DNA of 64,000 nucleotides from a virus, in IMG/VR virus record IMGVR_UViG_3300035698_012128, positions 1 to 64,000 of that record. One strand, given 5' to 3'. The translations under genes and the position numbers were made by a program. This document shows positions 1-11,105 of the stretch, one piece after another (position 1 is the first letter of the stretch; each line of letters opens with the position of its first letter). The notes under the pieces were generated by a model. It had not been told where the DNA came from and did not search any database. It saw only the letters and a list, made by a program, of their open reading frames with translations.

Positions 1-563
1 ATAGTACAGGATATTTTAGTGGTGGAGTCTTTGAAAACGCAAGTGGCGTACCTGTGTTTTACTTGCGAGATGGTTCGGCAAGTACAAACAGAATAGCAAT
101 AAGTGGAGATGGTGATACTTATTTCAACGGAGGTAACGTAGGCATCGGAACACCGAGTCCAGACTCAAAACTGGAAATATCTGGAACTGGAGAACAAATA
201 TTAAAAATAACAAATACTACTAATTCAGTAGAAACTGTTTTGCGTTCACTAAACTCAGTAAATGAAGGTTGGGTAGGTACATTAACCAATCACCCTTTTA
301 GAATAGCAACGAATAACAATACGGCTATGTACATTGATGCTAGTCAAAACGTAGGAATAGGCACAACAACTCCAGACGCAACAGCGATACTAGACCTATC
401 TACAACAACGAAAGGACTAGGACTTCCAAGCTTAACAACGACACAAGTAAATGCAATAAGCAGCCCAAAGACGGGTTTAACGGTTTACAACAGCACAGAA
501 TCAACACTATGTTACTATAACGGGGCGGAGTGGAGAGTGGTTACATCAATAGCAATGCCTTAA
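1..563 (+). CDS. Tail fibre/spike-like protein, C-terminal part (truncated by window start)
   Basis: Frame is open from base 3; repeated GNVGIGTxxP motifs typical of Bacteroidetes-phage fibre proteins. Confidence 0.65.
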   Translation, partial: STGYFSGGVFENASGVPVFYLRDGSASTNRIAISGDGDTYFNGGNVGIGTPSPDSKLEISGTGEQILKITNTTNSVETVLRSLNSVNEGWVGTLTNHPFRIATNNNTAMYIDASQNVGIGTTTPDATAILDLSTTTKGLGLPSLTTTQVNAISSPKTGLTVYNSTESTLCYYNGAEWRVVTSIAMP

Positions 564-635
564 TATTGATATATTATGAGTAACAACATTCAATATAAAT
601 TAAAATAATAATATTTATTAATAAAAACAACAGAT

Positions 636-2051
636 ATGGCAGATGATAGAATACAAATAATACAATATCAGTCTAATATGACCGTCAATGGGGTTGAGGT
701 GCAAAAGTACAGATTAGTTCCTATAACTCCAGTATGGGCTTCAACCCCAACATTACTAAATGAGTATAATTATTATTGGAGGGAACAAAATAATACTTAC
801 TCAACTTCTACACCTTACAAAGAATGTAACGCTGTTAATAATGATAATAATTTTATCACAAAAGGAACACCAGGATATGAAAATATACTAGAAAATAATG
901 AATTACTAATTAAACGTTCACACATAGGCACTGGTTTGGTTTATTTTGAAGTTAAAGTAGCTAGATCTAGTTATCCTGATTTCCAGTTTGCTGTATCCAC
1001 ACACAGTACCAATGGTAATAGATACACATGCCCTGAAACCTTTAGAGATGTCTTTATTGACCCTAATGGTGTTGGTAAAGTAAATAATTATAATACATCT
1101 TCTGATTATTATTTAGGTAATGGTTCGGCGTATGTTTGTACTGTAGAAGATGATGGTTTATATAATCAACCATTATCAGGTGAAACTCCATTTAATTGGT
1201 GGTTTGGCCCCCCTTTCGGGAATAATTATACAAATAATGGTGGTGGAGCTCCTAATAATTCTCCAGAGGTAGTTGGAGGTGTTACGGTTAGGAAATTTAA
1301 CAATTATATTAATCGTGCATCTATGAATAATGAATTTGTTAGTAGGGATATTTTAGCCGTTATAGGAGCTATACCTTTTCAATGTAATGGAAATGGAACG
1401 TGTGGGTCTTATTCTGAGGTTAATGCTACTTGTCATGGATTTGCTTCTTTAGTATTAACTACCTCAGTATTAAATAAAACCAATACAACACCATCACCCA
1501 CCCCCACCCCCACAACTCCACCATTACCTTGCTTCCCCCTTTGTGAGGAATATATGATTACAAACAATAGTGGTACGTCAGTATCAGTAACATATGAAGA
1601 TTGTATAGAGGAAGAATATCAAGAAATACTAACAGCAAATGAATCTAAAATAATATGTAGAAAACCAACAGGAACGGTAATTACTAGAAATTTAACTGGT
1701 GCAGTAGTTGGTGATGCTACAATATCTTCTCAAGGTAATTGCATTAATTGCATACCATATGTTAATTCCATGGGGGGGACACCTATAATAGATACTAATA
1801 CTCATCTTCACACTAGGAGGTTGGATATTGTGTTTGATCCTATAACAAGAATTGTTACCGATAGATCTACATTTACCATGTTAGATACAAAACAATATAA
1901 GGTGGATGAAGGGGATTGGGAGTCACCCCCACTTAATAAAGATTTAACTAACCTTATCGGAAAAGATGTAACTATTTTTGTTAGATTTTTTACAAATAGC
2001 ACCCCATCTCAATTCCCAAACATGTTCACGGCTTTTATAAATAATAGATAA
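636..2051 (+). CDS. Putative virion protein with Pro/Thr linker and Cys-rich domain
   Basis: 471-aa ORF in the tail module after an ATATTTAT motif; TPSPTPTPTTPP linker. Confidence 0.5.
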   Translation: MADDRIQIIQYQSNMTVNGVEVQKYRLVPITPVWASTPTLLNEYNYYWREQNNTYSTSTPYKECNAVNNDNNFITKGTPGYENILENNELLIKRSHIGTGLVYFEVKVARSSYPDFQFAVSTHSTNGNRYTCPETFRDVFIDPNGVGKVNNYNTSSDYYLGNGSAYVCTVEDDGLYNQPLSGETPFNWWFGPPFGNNYTNNGGGAPNNSPEVVGGVTVRKFNNYINRASMNNEFVSRDILAVIGAIPFQCNGNGTCGSYSEVNATCHGFASLVLTTSVLNKTNTTPSPTPTPTTPPLPCFPLCEEYMITNNSGTSVSVTYEDCIEEEYQEILTANESKIICRKPTGTVITRNLTGAVVGDATISSQGNCINCIPYVNSMGGTPIIDTNTHLHTRRLDIVFDPITRIVTDRSTFTMLDTKQYKVDEGDWESPPLNKDLTNLIGKDVTIFVRFFTNSTPSQFPNMFTAFINNR

Positions 2052-2052
2052 T

Positions 2053-4575
2053 ATGGCAACACAAATAACGATAACAACAACCCCTATTTGGTTTAACCCT
2101 CAATTATATAGGGGGCATAATGTAACAGAAGTATTTCCTGATTATGATATACCATCTAACAAATGGGCATCTTGGAACGCTACAGATAATATTCATTTAG
2201 TTAAGAGTCCAACATATTTAGGTTGGAAATACATAGATGATTCTGCGGCTGGTATATCATATCCTCGAAAGCCAGGAACAGAGGAAACATTATATATATA
2301 TGATGGTACTTTTAATACTGTTGCTAATAATTTAGATCCATCATGGGCTGGAGTGCAAGCTCATTGGATAACAGCATCTAACGATGCTATGGCAAATGAT
2401 ATAGCTGGAAATTATATAGATCTCCTAAATCGTTCGGCAAAATGTATTTTTCTTAATGGAGAATTTAATCAGGGTGTTGATAATACAACCAGGGACGAGA
2501 ATGGAGATACTGATTCTGATAAATTTAATAGAGTAGTAAATAAATTGGGAGAGAGATTCAAACTCCTATACCCAGATAAAATATTAGGATGGTGGCAAGG
2601 TAGTCATTATGATGCTAATAGATTTTTTAATTTCTTTAGTAATGATGATTATGTAGCTCATTATTCATCTCCTATACCCCAAAATTATGAATTCGCGAAT
2701 TATGGTATATCATTTGCCGATGGTTATGGTCAAGGGGCCGATAGAGGGGGAGATGTATTATATAGTATGACCCAGTATGGAGAAGCTCCTAGATACTTAG
2801 ATAATGATATTAATTACATAACGACATGGTGGGAACAACAAGAAAATCAGAATGGTACCCCTTATTTTTATAGAGATATACCAAATGTTGGGGTTAAAGC
2901 ATTCTTCATAAGAACAGCTAAATCGGCTTGCTTATGTTTTAATGCCGCACTAGCTTCATTTACCTACCTTAACGGGGTGGATATTTGGGGAACTAGTTTT
3001 AATTATAATAAAGATAATAATACTTATTATTTAGCAGATAATGATAGGAATGTTGGGGATTATAATTCATATTTTTATGAGTGGAATAACCACCAAACTA
3101 ATTGGTTTATGTTAGCTATGTATTTTACCTCATTACCTGAAGTAAAGACATTAATTGAATTAAGAAACCAATGGACCTTACCTGAATTTGAATGGGAAGG
3201 TAGTATTATATCAGGAAACCATAGATACCCATCATATGGTAGGAGATTTGCAGTAAATACACACGGATTACCAATAGTTAGAGTACAATATAGCAATGAT
3301 ACATCAGAATGTTTGATATTTGCATGTTACCCATGTAACCCAGATGCAACATCTAAAAGTACAGTAAGAGTATTTGATGACGTAACAGGATTAAATACTA
3401 GTATTGAATTAATAGGTGGGTGGGCTAAATTAGAACACATTAAAAATATAAATGATGGGGATGGAACAACACCTACACCCACACCAACATTAACCCCAAC
3501 ACCAACTAATGGAGGTGGTAATGGAGCACCAAATAATTTAGAAAATAATGCTGTTATAGGATACTGGAATTCATATCCTCTTAAAACAATAAATTTACCT
3601 TCATCTAACACAGACCAATACTTTATATTCCAAGAGGTAACAGCAGACTATAATAATTTATATGAACCCGATGTATATGAATCATTGATACCAAGAGGTA
3701 AAAATATAATAACCGAAAATTCAGTAACATTCACAGAAGGATATGATTCAGGATTATATAGTTTATTATCTGGTGGTAATTCAGGAAAGGGGGGATTATT
3801 AACTCCTTCTGGTTTACCGCTACCTGACCAACATAATTATGATTATATAGAACAGTATGATGAGGATAATGATATAACCCAACCATTTTGGGTACAGTCA
3901 GTAATTAATTCGTGTTCTATATTACAAGACGGTACTGTAACTGGTGAGTGGAGCCCTGGTGATATTAGTTACCCAACACAAATAAAGATATTTAACAATA
4001 TTAATGATACACCTACGAGGTGGGTTATACAGAATTTAAATAACCAATTCCCAACATCTTATGAAGGGGATTTAGTAGATGATATATTCATATTTAGAGG
4101 TCCGTGGTATATATATAATTACGGTACATCTATAAACCCACACACATCATCACTCAATTATGTAAATGATGGGTGTATATATATACCGGATGATTACCCA
4201 AATAGTGAAAATTCACAGGGGGGTTTATTAGGTCCAAATACTTCTAGTATTACAGATGATTTACTTTCTAGAGGGTATGTATCTATTATAGCAGATGATG
4301 GTTATGATACCCCTCTTCAAATTAAATATACTAACACTGAATCTACTTCAACTTGTCCTGAATCCGAATCTTCTTTAAGTTATAGTAATGGTAGTACAGA
4401 TGCTGCTCCCTTAGGTGTTGGTTCTGTATTATCATCTACCACAGATAGTGTAACTCCTTTTAAATCTGGTTCTTATACATTACTAGTAGATGGAGTGTTT
4501 TATGTAGTTGTAACTGATGATAATGGTGTAGTATTATCCATATCGTCTTGTAGTGGTAATGCAGATCCTATTTAA
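2053..4575 (+). CDS. Putative virion-associated multidomain protein with Pro/Thr linker (possibly carbohydrate-active)
   Basis: 840 aa, aromatic-rich N-terminal domain, TTPTPTPTLTPTPT linker. Confidence 0.45.
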   Translation: MATQITITTTPIWFNPQLYRGHNVTEVFPDYDIPSNKWASWNATDNIHLVKSPTYLGWKYIDDSAAGISYPRKPGTEETLYIYDGTFNTVANNLDPSWAGVQAHWITASNDAMANDIAGNYIDLLNRSAKCIFLNGEFNQGVDNTTRDENGDTDSDKFNRVVNKLGERFKLLYPDKILGWWQGSHYDANRFFNFFSNDDYVAHYSSPIPQNYEFANYGISFADGYGQGADRGGDVLYSMTQYGEAPRYLDNDINYITTWWEQQENQNGTPYFYRDIPNVGVKAFFIRTAKSACLCFNAALASFTYLNGVDIWGTSFNYNKDNNTYYLADNDRNVGDYNSYFYEWNNHQTNWFMLAMYFTSLPEVKTLIELRNQWTLPEFEWEGSIISGNHRYPSYGRRFAVNTHGLPIVRVQYSNDTSECLIFACYPCNPDATSKSTVRVFDDVTGLNTSIELIGGWAKLEHIKNINDGDGTTPTPTPTLTPTPTNGGGNGAPNNLENNAVIGYWNSYPLKTINLPSSNTDQYFIFQEVTADYNNLYEPDVYESLIPRGKNIITENSVTFTEGYDSGLYSLLSGGNSGKGGLLTPSGLPLPDQHNYDYIEQYDEDNDITQPFWVQSVINSCSILQDGTVTGEWSPGDISYPTQIKIFNNINDTPTRWVIQNLNNQFPTSYEGDLVDDIFIFRGPWYIYNYGTSINPHTSSLNYVNDGCIYIPDDYPNSENSQGGLLGPNTSSITDDLLSRGYVSIIADDGYDTPLQIKYTNTESTSTCPESESSLSYSNGSTDAAPLGVGSVLSSTTDSVTPFKSGSYTLLVDGVFYVVVTDDNGVVLSISSCSGNADPI

Positions 4576-4626
4576 TTTAAAATTTATTTTATATATTTAT
4601 ATATGGATAAAAACAAAAAATGAAAA

Positions 4627-5070
4627 ATGAAAAAAACAAAAAGCTTATTATTACATCAAATCGATTTGTTAGGTTATGAAATATACGGAGTACCTGACCC
4701 AACCACTAAAATTAATACTGGTGGTATATTATCTAATGAATGTTCTTTATTATTAAAATATAACATACATTCTATAGGTAATACCATTAGGAAAGACAGG
4801 GAAATATTAGGTGATTTAAGGAATGAATTAATCAAAAAATATGGGGATAAAGATAAAGAAGGAAATGTAGCTATATTTCATGTATTATTGGATCCTAAAG
4901 ATGAGAATAAAACCATCCCAAATCCAAAACTCGAATTATTTAATAAGGAATTAAAAAAACTATTAGACAAAGAGATATCATTTGAGTATGATGAAATAGA
5001 TATAAACGATTACAAGAATATCAAAACTACTGAGTTTTATCCAATCCTCTTCTCTTTAAGTTATGAATAA
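4627..5070 (+). CDS. Hypothetical phage protein
   Basis: 147-aa ORF after an ATATTTAT motif. Confidence 0.6.
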   Translation: MKKTKSLLLHQIDLLGYEIYGVPDPTTKINTGGILSNECSLLLKYNIHSIGNTIRKDREILGDLRNELIKKYGDKDKEGNVAIFHVLLDPKDENKTIPNPKLELFNKELKKLLDKEISFEYDEIDINDYKNIKTTEFYPILFSLSYE

Positions 5071-5290
5071 GTTTAGTAATATTGTGAGGGCTTGGGTCAT
5101 ATCTTTAGACCCAAGTCCAGAACAACAAGAAATAGCAGAATCTAGGATAAACATATGTGATGGTTGTGAATTAAAAAGTTATAATAAATTTCTTGACCTG
5201 TGGTATTGTGGTGGATGTAATTGTCCTTTAAAGAAAAAAATATATACAAGTAAAAAAGAAGATTGCCCTAAAAAAATATGGATAAAATAA
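5063..5290 (+). CDS. Small Cys-rich, putative Zn-binding protein
   Basis: CDGC...CGGCNC...CP..W; overlaps both neighbours. Confidence 0.6.
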   Translation: MNKFSNIVRAWVISLDPSPEQQEIAESRINICDGCELKSYNKFLDLWYCGGCNCPLKKKIYTSKKEDCPKKIWIK

Positions 5291-5535
5291 CCCCAGAAGA
5301 ATTTAATAAAATCAATAAAATCATTGATGATTTTCATAAATCTATATATGATTTAGGTGATGTGGATTATAATATTAAGTTACTAAAAAACAGAATAGAA
5401 GAACTTAGTTCGGAAAAAAATGATATATTAAATAGTATTAATAATTTAAAAATAGAAGAAGATTCCGTATTGAGATCGTTAAAAAGTAAGTACCCTAACA
5501 AAAATATAAACATCCAAACTGGTGTGATTGAATAG
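5278..5535 (+). CDS. Small coiled-coil protein
   Basis: 85 aa with heptad pattern. Confidence 0.55.
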   Translation: MDKITPEEFNKINKIIDDFHKSIYDLGDVDYNIKLLKNRIEELSSEKNDILNSINNLKIEEDSVLRSLKSKYPNKNINIQTGVIE

Positions 5536-5608
5536 AACTCTATATGCGTTTCTTAATTTTAACAAAAATATTTAATATTTATATTTGAATAAAAAAAGAA
5601 GCAATTAA

Positions 5609-7333
5609 ATGACAGAACAAATTATATCTCCTGGAGTTTTCACTAATGAAAACGATAAATCTATCATCCAGAGAGGCCCTCAAGTTGCCGGTGCTGCTGT
5701 TGTTGGTCCTACTGCTAAAGGTAGACCATTAGTACCTACAGTAGTTACATCATACAGTGAATACCAATCTATATTTGGGGAAACATTCAAATCTGGTAGT
5801 CAATATTACGAATATTTCACATCATTAGCGGCTAAAGAATATTTTAGTGGTGGAGGTGATTCATTATTAGTAACTAAAGTAGTAAGTGGTTCAGTATATA
5901 ATACATATGCCGACGCTAATTTACCTAAATCAGGTTCATCCTCTCATACATTAGGGAATTCTTCATTCACCTTAGAATCTTTATCTTTTGGGGATGATAT
6001 GAATAATAGTGGTTCTATGGGTAGTGGAGGTACTTTAAATGATGGTAATTCAACTAATATTAGATGGGAAGTATCAGGTGTTAATTATACTGAAGGAACA
6101 TTCAGTTTAGTTATTAGAAGAGGTGATGATACAACATCAAACCCTAATATCTTAGAAACTTATAATAACCTAACATTAGATCCAAATGACGCGAATTATG
6201 TATCTCGTGTGATCGGAGATTCAAGACCAGTATATGTTGCCGAAAGTGGTGATGAAGGTGCTTATGTTACTTATGAAGGTTCATACCCCAATGCAAGTAA
6301 TTACGTTAGAATCAAAAATGTAAAACAAACAATTGTAGATTCATACGATAATGAAGGTGATTTTAAATCAGCAGCCAATAAACAATATTTACCTGACATA
6401 GGAAGTGGGTCATTTGGTGGAGCTTTTAGTGGGGGTGTAGCATCTACAAGTAGAGAACAATTAATGTTTGAAAATATAACACCCACTAATAATCAAGGAT
6501 ATACAGTAGGTGAATACAGATTGGGGTTAAGTCTTCTATCAAATAAAGAAGAATATGATTTTAATGTATTATTATGTCCTGGTTTATTTATGGATAGTAC
6601 ATTAATATCAGTATGTGAAAGTAGAGGAGATGCCTTTGCTATTGTTGATCCAACTATATATGGTGCAACAAAAACAGCCGTAATAACAGCTGCTGCTGGT
6701 TCATCATCTAGTTACGCAGGTGTCTATTGGCCTTGGGTACAAATATATAGTTCAAATTTAGGAAAATCAGTTTGGGTCCCAGCATCAACTGTGATGGGTG
6801 GAGTATTCGCATTTAATGATAATGTAGGAGGTATTTGGGCCGCACCCGCAGGGTTAACTAGAGGTGGGATTGGTTCTATAATTAGAGCAGAAAAAAAAGT
6901 ATCTTCATCTTCACGAGATAAATTATATAACGCTAATGTCAATGTATTAGCCAGTTTTCCTGGTGAAGGAGTTGTATCATATGGCCAAAAAACACTACAA
7001 AAAAGAAAAACATCTTTAAATAGAATTAATGTCAGACGATTGTTAAATGATATGAAAAGATTTGTTACTATTGTAGGTAGAGGAATTGTTTTTGAGCCTA
7101 ATACAACAGTAACAAGAAATAAATTTCTTAATAAAATAAATCCAAAGCTAGATTCATTGGTTCAAAACCAAGGTTTGTATGCTTACAAAGTGGTGATGGA
7201 TGATTCAAATAATACAGCAGAAGTGATTGATAGAAATCAGTTGTTAGGTCACATTTATGTACAACCTACAAGAACTGCTGAATTTATTGTATTAGATTTC
7301 ACATTACAACCAACAGGAACGGAATTCCTTTAA
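5609..7333 (+). CDS. Contractile tail sheath protein (T4 gp18-like)
   Basis: SPGVFTNEND N-terminus; YWPW, WAAPAGLTRG, RINVRRL, FEPN and PTRTAEFIVLDF motifs. Confidence 0.95.
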   Translation: MTEQIISPGVFTNENDKSIIQRGPQVAGAAVVGPTAKGRPLVPTVVTSYSEYQSIFGETFKSGSQYYEYFTSLAAKEYFSGGGDSLLVTKVVSGSVYNTYADANLPKSGSSSHTLGNSSFTLESLSFGDDMNNSGSMGSGGTLNDGNSTNIRWEVSGVNYTEGTFSLVIRRGDDTTSNPNILETYNNLTLDPNDANYVSRVIGDSRPVYVAESGDEGAYVTYEGSYPNASNYVRIKNVKQTIVDSYDNEGDFKSAANKQYLPDIGSGSFGGAFSGGVASTSREQLMFENITPTNNQGYTVGEYRLGLSLLSNKEEYDFNVLLCPGLFMDSTLISVCESRGDAFAIVDPTIYGATKTAVITAAAGSSSSYAGVYWPWVQIYSSNLGKSVWVPASTVMGGVFAFNDNVGGIWAAPAGLTRGGIGSIIRAEKKVSSSSRDKLYNANVNVLASFPGEGVVSYGQKTLQKRKTSLNRINVRRLLNDMKRFVTIVGRGIVFEPNTTVTRNKFLNKINPKLDSLVQNQGLYAYKVVMDDSNNTAEVIDRNQLLGHIYVQPTRTAEFIVLDFTLQPTGTEFL

Positions 7334-7374
7334 TAAGTAATATATTTATAATAAAAATATTAAAACAAAGATAA

Positions 7375-7860
7375 ATGGCAATATTAGATTCAAATGAAAT
7401 GATGTTTCGTAGTTTCGAACCTCAAGTGGCTAATAGATTTATAATGTATATAGATGGTATCCCATCATATCTTATAAAGAAAACTAGTGCACCCGGTTTC
7501 GACGCAGGTGAAATTAAATTAGATCACATAAACACATACAGGAAAATAAAGGGGAAAATAGAATGGGACGACATGAATCTTTCATTATATAATCCTATAA
7601 CTCCTTCTGGAGCTCAGTCAGTAATGGAATGGGCTAGATTAGCTCACGAATCCGTGACTGGAAGAGATGGTTATTCTGACTTTTATAAGAAGGATATAGT
7701 AATTAATGTCTTAGGACCTGTTGGTGATGTTATTAGTGAATGGATTATCAAAGGAGCATATGTGAAAAATGCCAAATTTGGTGAATTTGATTGGGCTGAT
7801 GATCAGTACATGAGTATTGATGTAACAATTGCTATGGATTATTGTGTATTAAATTACTAA
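7375..7860 (+). CDS. Tail tube protein (T4 gp19-like)
   Basis: Follows the sheath gene; NRF, WDDMNL, YKKDI, FGEFDW motifs. Confidence 0.9.
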   Translation: MAILDSNEMMFRSFEPQVANRFIMYIDGIPSYLIKKTSAPGFDAGEIKLDHINTYRKIKGKIEWDDMNLSLYNPITPSGAQSVMEWARLAHESVTGRDGYSDFYKKDIVINVLGPVGDVISEWIIKGAYVKNAKFGEFDWADDQYMSIDVTIAMDYCVLNY

Positions 7861-7883
7861 TATTCATTATATAATATTAAATC

Positions 7884-7919
7884 TCCTACTACCACTTTAT
7901 TGTGGAGTAGGATTTTTTT
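7884..7919 (+). terminator. Intrinsic terminator after the tail tube gene
   Basis: TCCTACT-A-CCAC / GTGG-AGTAGGA stem followed by a T-run. Confidence 0.75.
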
Positions 7920-7956
7920 ATATATTTATATATGAAAACAAAAAACAAGTTATTTT

Positions 7957-8730
7957 ATGAGTGAATTAAATATACCTATAGAAACTATTGATCTACCATC
8001 TCAAGGTAGGGGGTATGGGGTAGACAATCTATTAAGTTCTGGAGTTATTGATGTTGGTTATATGACTGCTCGTCATGAAGATATACTAACAAACAAAAAT
8101 TACATAAACAATGGTACAGTAATTGATAAATTACTTATATCTTTGATAAAATCTAAAATTAATTATGAAGATTTATTATTAGGAGATAAAGATGCTATAA
8201 TGTTTGCAGTCAGAATATTAGGATATGGAAAAGATTATCCAATGTCATTCTACAACAAAGACACAGATCAAAATGAAGACACAGTTATTGATTTATCCAA
8301 GATAGAGGCTAAGCCTCTTCACCCAGACTTTGAAAATGCTAAATCAAATAATTTTAAATACCAACTCCCTCAATCAGGAACTAACATAACAATTAAATTA
8401 TTAACTCAGAAAGATAATAGAATAATAGAATCCGAAATTAAAGGATTATCAAAAATAGATAACAAAGCTTCTTATTCAGGTTCTACTAGATTAAAACATA
8501 TTATTACTTCAGTAGATGGGAACGACGATTTAAAAACGATAAGAGAATTTGTCGACAATAGCCTCAGAGCATTAGATGCCCTCGCTTTACGTAATTATTA
8601 TTCATTAATTAATCCCGGGATCAATTTAAAGGTAGATATAATTAAAAAGGATGAAAATGATGAAATCACTTACACAGAGGAGGGTGTAGACCTTAAAATA
8701 GGTCTTCGATTTTTTTGGCCTGAATTATGA
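7957..8730 (+). CDS. Baseplate hub assembly / tail assembly chaperone (gp26-like)
   Basis: LPSQG, MTARHEDIL and C-terminal FFWP; lies between tube and tape measure genes. Confidence 0.75.
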   Translation: MSELNIPIETIDLPSQGRGYGVDNLLSSGVIDVGYMTARHEDILTNKNYINNGTVIDKLLISLIKSKINYEDLLLGDKDAIMFAVRILGYGKDYPMSFYNKDTDQNEDTVIDLSKIEAKPLHPDFENAKSNNFKYQLPQSGTNITIKLLTQKDNRIIESEIKGLSKIDNKASYSGSTRLKHIITSVDGNDDLKTIREFVDNSLRALDALALRNYYSLINPGINLKVDIIKKDENDEITYTEEGVDLKIGLRFFWPEL

Positions 8731-8959
8731 TTATAGGAAAAATGTTTTTGATCAAATACATAATATAGTATACCACGGTAATGGGGGGTATGATTGGAAT
8801 ACTGTGTATAACATGCCTGTGTGGTTGAGGAAGTATACATTTAAGATGATTGAAGAATATAATTCTAAATCACCAGACGATGATAATACAAAACCTACAC
8901 CAAAAAAACCTCAACATATTATGAGACCCTCTATAGATTACTCATCAATTTCTAAATAG
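8711..8959 (+). CDS. Frameshift extension of the tail assembly chaperone (not in ORF track)
   Basis: The +1 frame is open from the T7 run (8710-8716): FFGLNYDYRKNVFDQIHNIVYHGNGGYDWNTVYNMPVWLRKY...; no ATG at its 5' end. Confidence 0.7.
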   Translation, partial: FFGLNYDYRKNVFDQIHNIVYHGNGGYDWNTVYNMPVWLRKYTFKMIEEYNSKSPDDDNTKPTPKKPQHIMRPSIDYSSISK

Positions 8960-8998
8960 TAATATAGCTATAGATATTTATACGAAAATAATATTAAA

Positions 8999-10852
8999 AT
9001 GGCAAAAGATAAACCTTTAGATAATCTTGATCTTGAAGCAAATAGTAAACACCTTCATGACACCAGTAAAATACTAGAAGATATTGGTGTTGAGATAAAA
9101 AGACTAATAGGGAATAACAAAGATCTATTCAGAGGTATAGAAACATCTATTGACAGCTATACTAAAATAAAGAATATAGCTAGCAGTTTAGTAACTATGT
9201 CTAAAGAAGAATTAGTAAGTAAAGGTAAAGTATCAGCATTAGAAACATCAATAGGTGTATTAAAAAGTAAAATTTTAGAAGGTGAACTAACTATACAAAG
9301 TATATATGAAAAGAAATCATTATTTGCCGCTGAAGGGAAATTAGATTTAATGTATAAAACAGTAGACACTAAGTTTGAACAGGTTCAGCTAGAAAAAGAA
9401 TTATTAAAATACGCACAAGAATATCTAGCTTTATCTAATCAAATAAGATCAGGTGTAATTTCCAATGTCGAAAGTATTGAAGATTTAATAAGAAATATAC
9501 CAGGTATTAATAGTATGTTTGGTGGATTCTTTAGTAGGTTTAGTAGAGACGTAAAAGCAGCATATGTTCAAGGAGGTGGTGTTGGTGTAAGTATTGCTAA
9601 ATCAATGAGAAAAATAGCACCTTTAGCTATAGTATTGGGGTTAGTAAAATTAGTTCAACTAGCATCTGAAGCTAATAAGGAAGTTATTGAAATTGGTAAA
9701 TCAATGATGTTAAATTACGAACAGGCCACTAAAGTTAGAGAATCTTTTATAGATATGGTAAATGCTTCTAGTGACAATGTTATAACATTAACTAAAATAC
9801 TAAAATCTAATAGTGCCATTAGCAAAACTATGGGATTTACAGCTGCCTTTTCAGCCGATATTAATACCGAGTTTATCAATATAACTGAAAGGATGGGTGT
9901 TTCTGAAGAATCAGCAGCTAATTTAGCTAAAATAACTATTGCTACTGGTGGAAGTTTAAAAGAAAATAAAGAAACTATATCAGGAATCGTATCATCTGTA
10001 TCAGAACAACGTGGAGTACAATTAAATATTAGAGATATTATTGAAGAAACTGGACAGCAAGCTACTTCATTATTAACAACATTCAAAGGTAATCCAATAG
10101 AATTAGCTCGTGCTGTAACTATGACTAAGGCATTAGGAACTAGTTTAGATAAAGTTAGTAAACAAGCAGATAGTATATTAAATTTTGAATCATCTATAGA
10201 ATCAACATTAAAAGCTTCTTTATTAACAGGAAAAATGATAAATCTTGAAAAGGCTAGAGAATTAGCACTGAATAATGATTTAGGAGGTTTAGCCCAAGAG
10301 TTAGTTAATAAAGAAATTGATTTTAATTACTTTAGCAATCTTAACAGGATAGGACAAGGAGCAGTAGCAGAAGCTTTGGGTTTAAGTACAACTGAATTAT
10401 CAGATCAATTACTATTACTTGAAGCTCAACATAGATCTATTAGTGATATACAGTCAGTAAATGGTAAAATGGCAGCCGATAGAGCATCTCAATTAAGTGC
10501 TCAACATAAATTTAATAATGCTGTTGAAAAATTAAAAGACATTTTAGTTAGAATAGTTGATGGTCCTTTAGGTAGTATGTTAGAAGGGACCGTATCTATA
10601 TTAGATTTTATAGGTAATGCAGGAGCAGGATTTAAGTCAGCTCCACAAACTATCCAAGGAAATATGGTTAGGTCTAACCCAAGAACAAATAGTAACAATG
10701 TAAGTAATAGTAGGGTGGAAGCTTCACTAAGAGAATTAGTAGATCTACAAAAAGTGGCATCAAAATCAGTACCATCAATAATTGTTAAACCAAGTGAATT
10801 GGTAGGTCCTACATTTAATGCAGCATCAAAAAATACTTTTTACTCTGCCTGA
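8999..10852 (+). CDS. Tape measure protein
   Basis: 617-aa helical Ala/Leu/Ser-rich protein directly after the chaperone. Confidence 0.8.
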   Translation: MAKDKPLDNLDLEANSKHLHDTSKILEDIGVEIKRLIGNNKDLFRGIETSIDSYTKIKNIASSLVTMSKEELVSKGKVSALETSIGVLKSKILEGELTIQSIYEKKSLFAAEGKLDLMYKTVDTKFEQVQLEKELLKYAQEYLALSNQIRSGVISNVESIEDLIRNIPGINSMFGGFFSRFSRDVKAAYVQGGGVGVSIAKSMRKIAPLAIVLGLVKLVQLASEANKEVIEIGKSMMLNYEQATKVRESFIDMVNASSDNVITLTKILKSNSAISKTMGFTAAFSADINTEFINITERMGVSEESAANLAKITIATGGSLKENKETISGIVSSVSEQRGVQLNIRDIIEETGQQATSLLTTFKGNPIELARAVTMTKALGTSLDKVSKQADSILNFESSIESTLKASLLTGKMINLEKARELALNNDLGGLAQELVNKEIDFNYFSNLNRIGQGAVAEALGLSTTELSDQLLLLEAQHRSISDIQSVNGKMAADRASQLSAQHKFNNAVEKLKDILVRIVDGPLGSMLEGTVSILDFIGNAGAGFKSAPQTIQGNMVRSNPRTNSNNVSNSRVEASLRELVDLQKVASKSVPSIIVKPSELVGPTFNAASKNTFYSA

Positions 10853-10880
10853 TATTGATATTTATTAATAAAAACACAAT

Positions 10881-11105
10881 ATGGGATTAATAGATAAAAT
10901 AGCAGAAACTGAATTTGGGTATAAAGGTTCGAAACCGGAGTTTGACGGAGAAACACCTAATTCTACATTACACAATCAAAGTTCAAATTTAGGTATACCA
11001 TCGATAGATACTCCATCTTCTATATTAGATGAAAACGATATAAATAACCTTAATAAATGGAAAAGTAAGACAGGGAAAAAGTATATGGACAATTTACCAA
11101 CATAA
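10881..11105 (+). CDS. Small tail/baseplate-module protein
   Basis: 74-aa ORF after an ATATTTAT motif. Confidence 0.55.
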   Translation: MGLIDKIAETEFGYKGSKPEFDGETPNSTLHNQSSNLGIPSIDTPSSILDENDINNLNKWKSKTGKKYMDNLPT

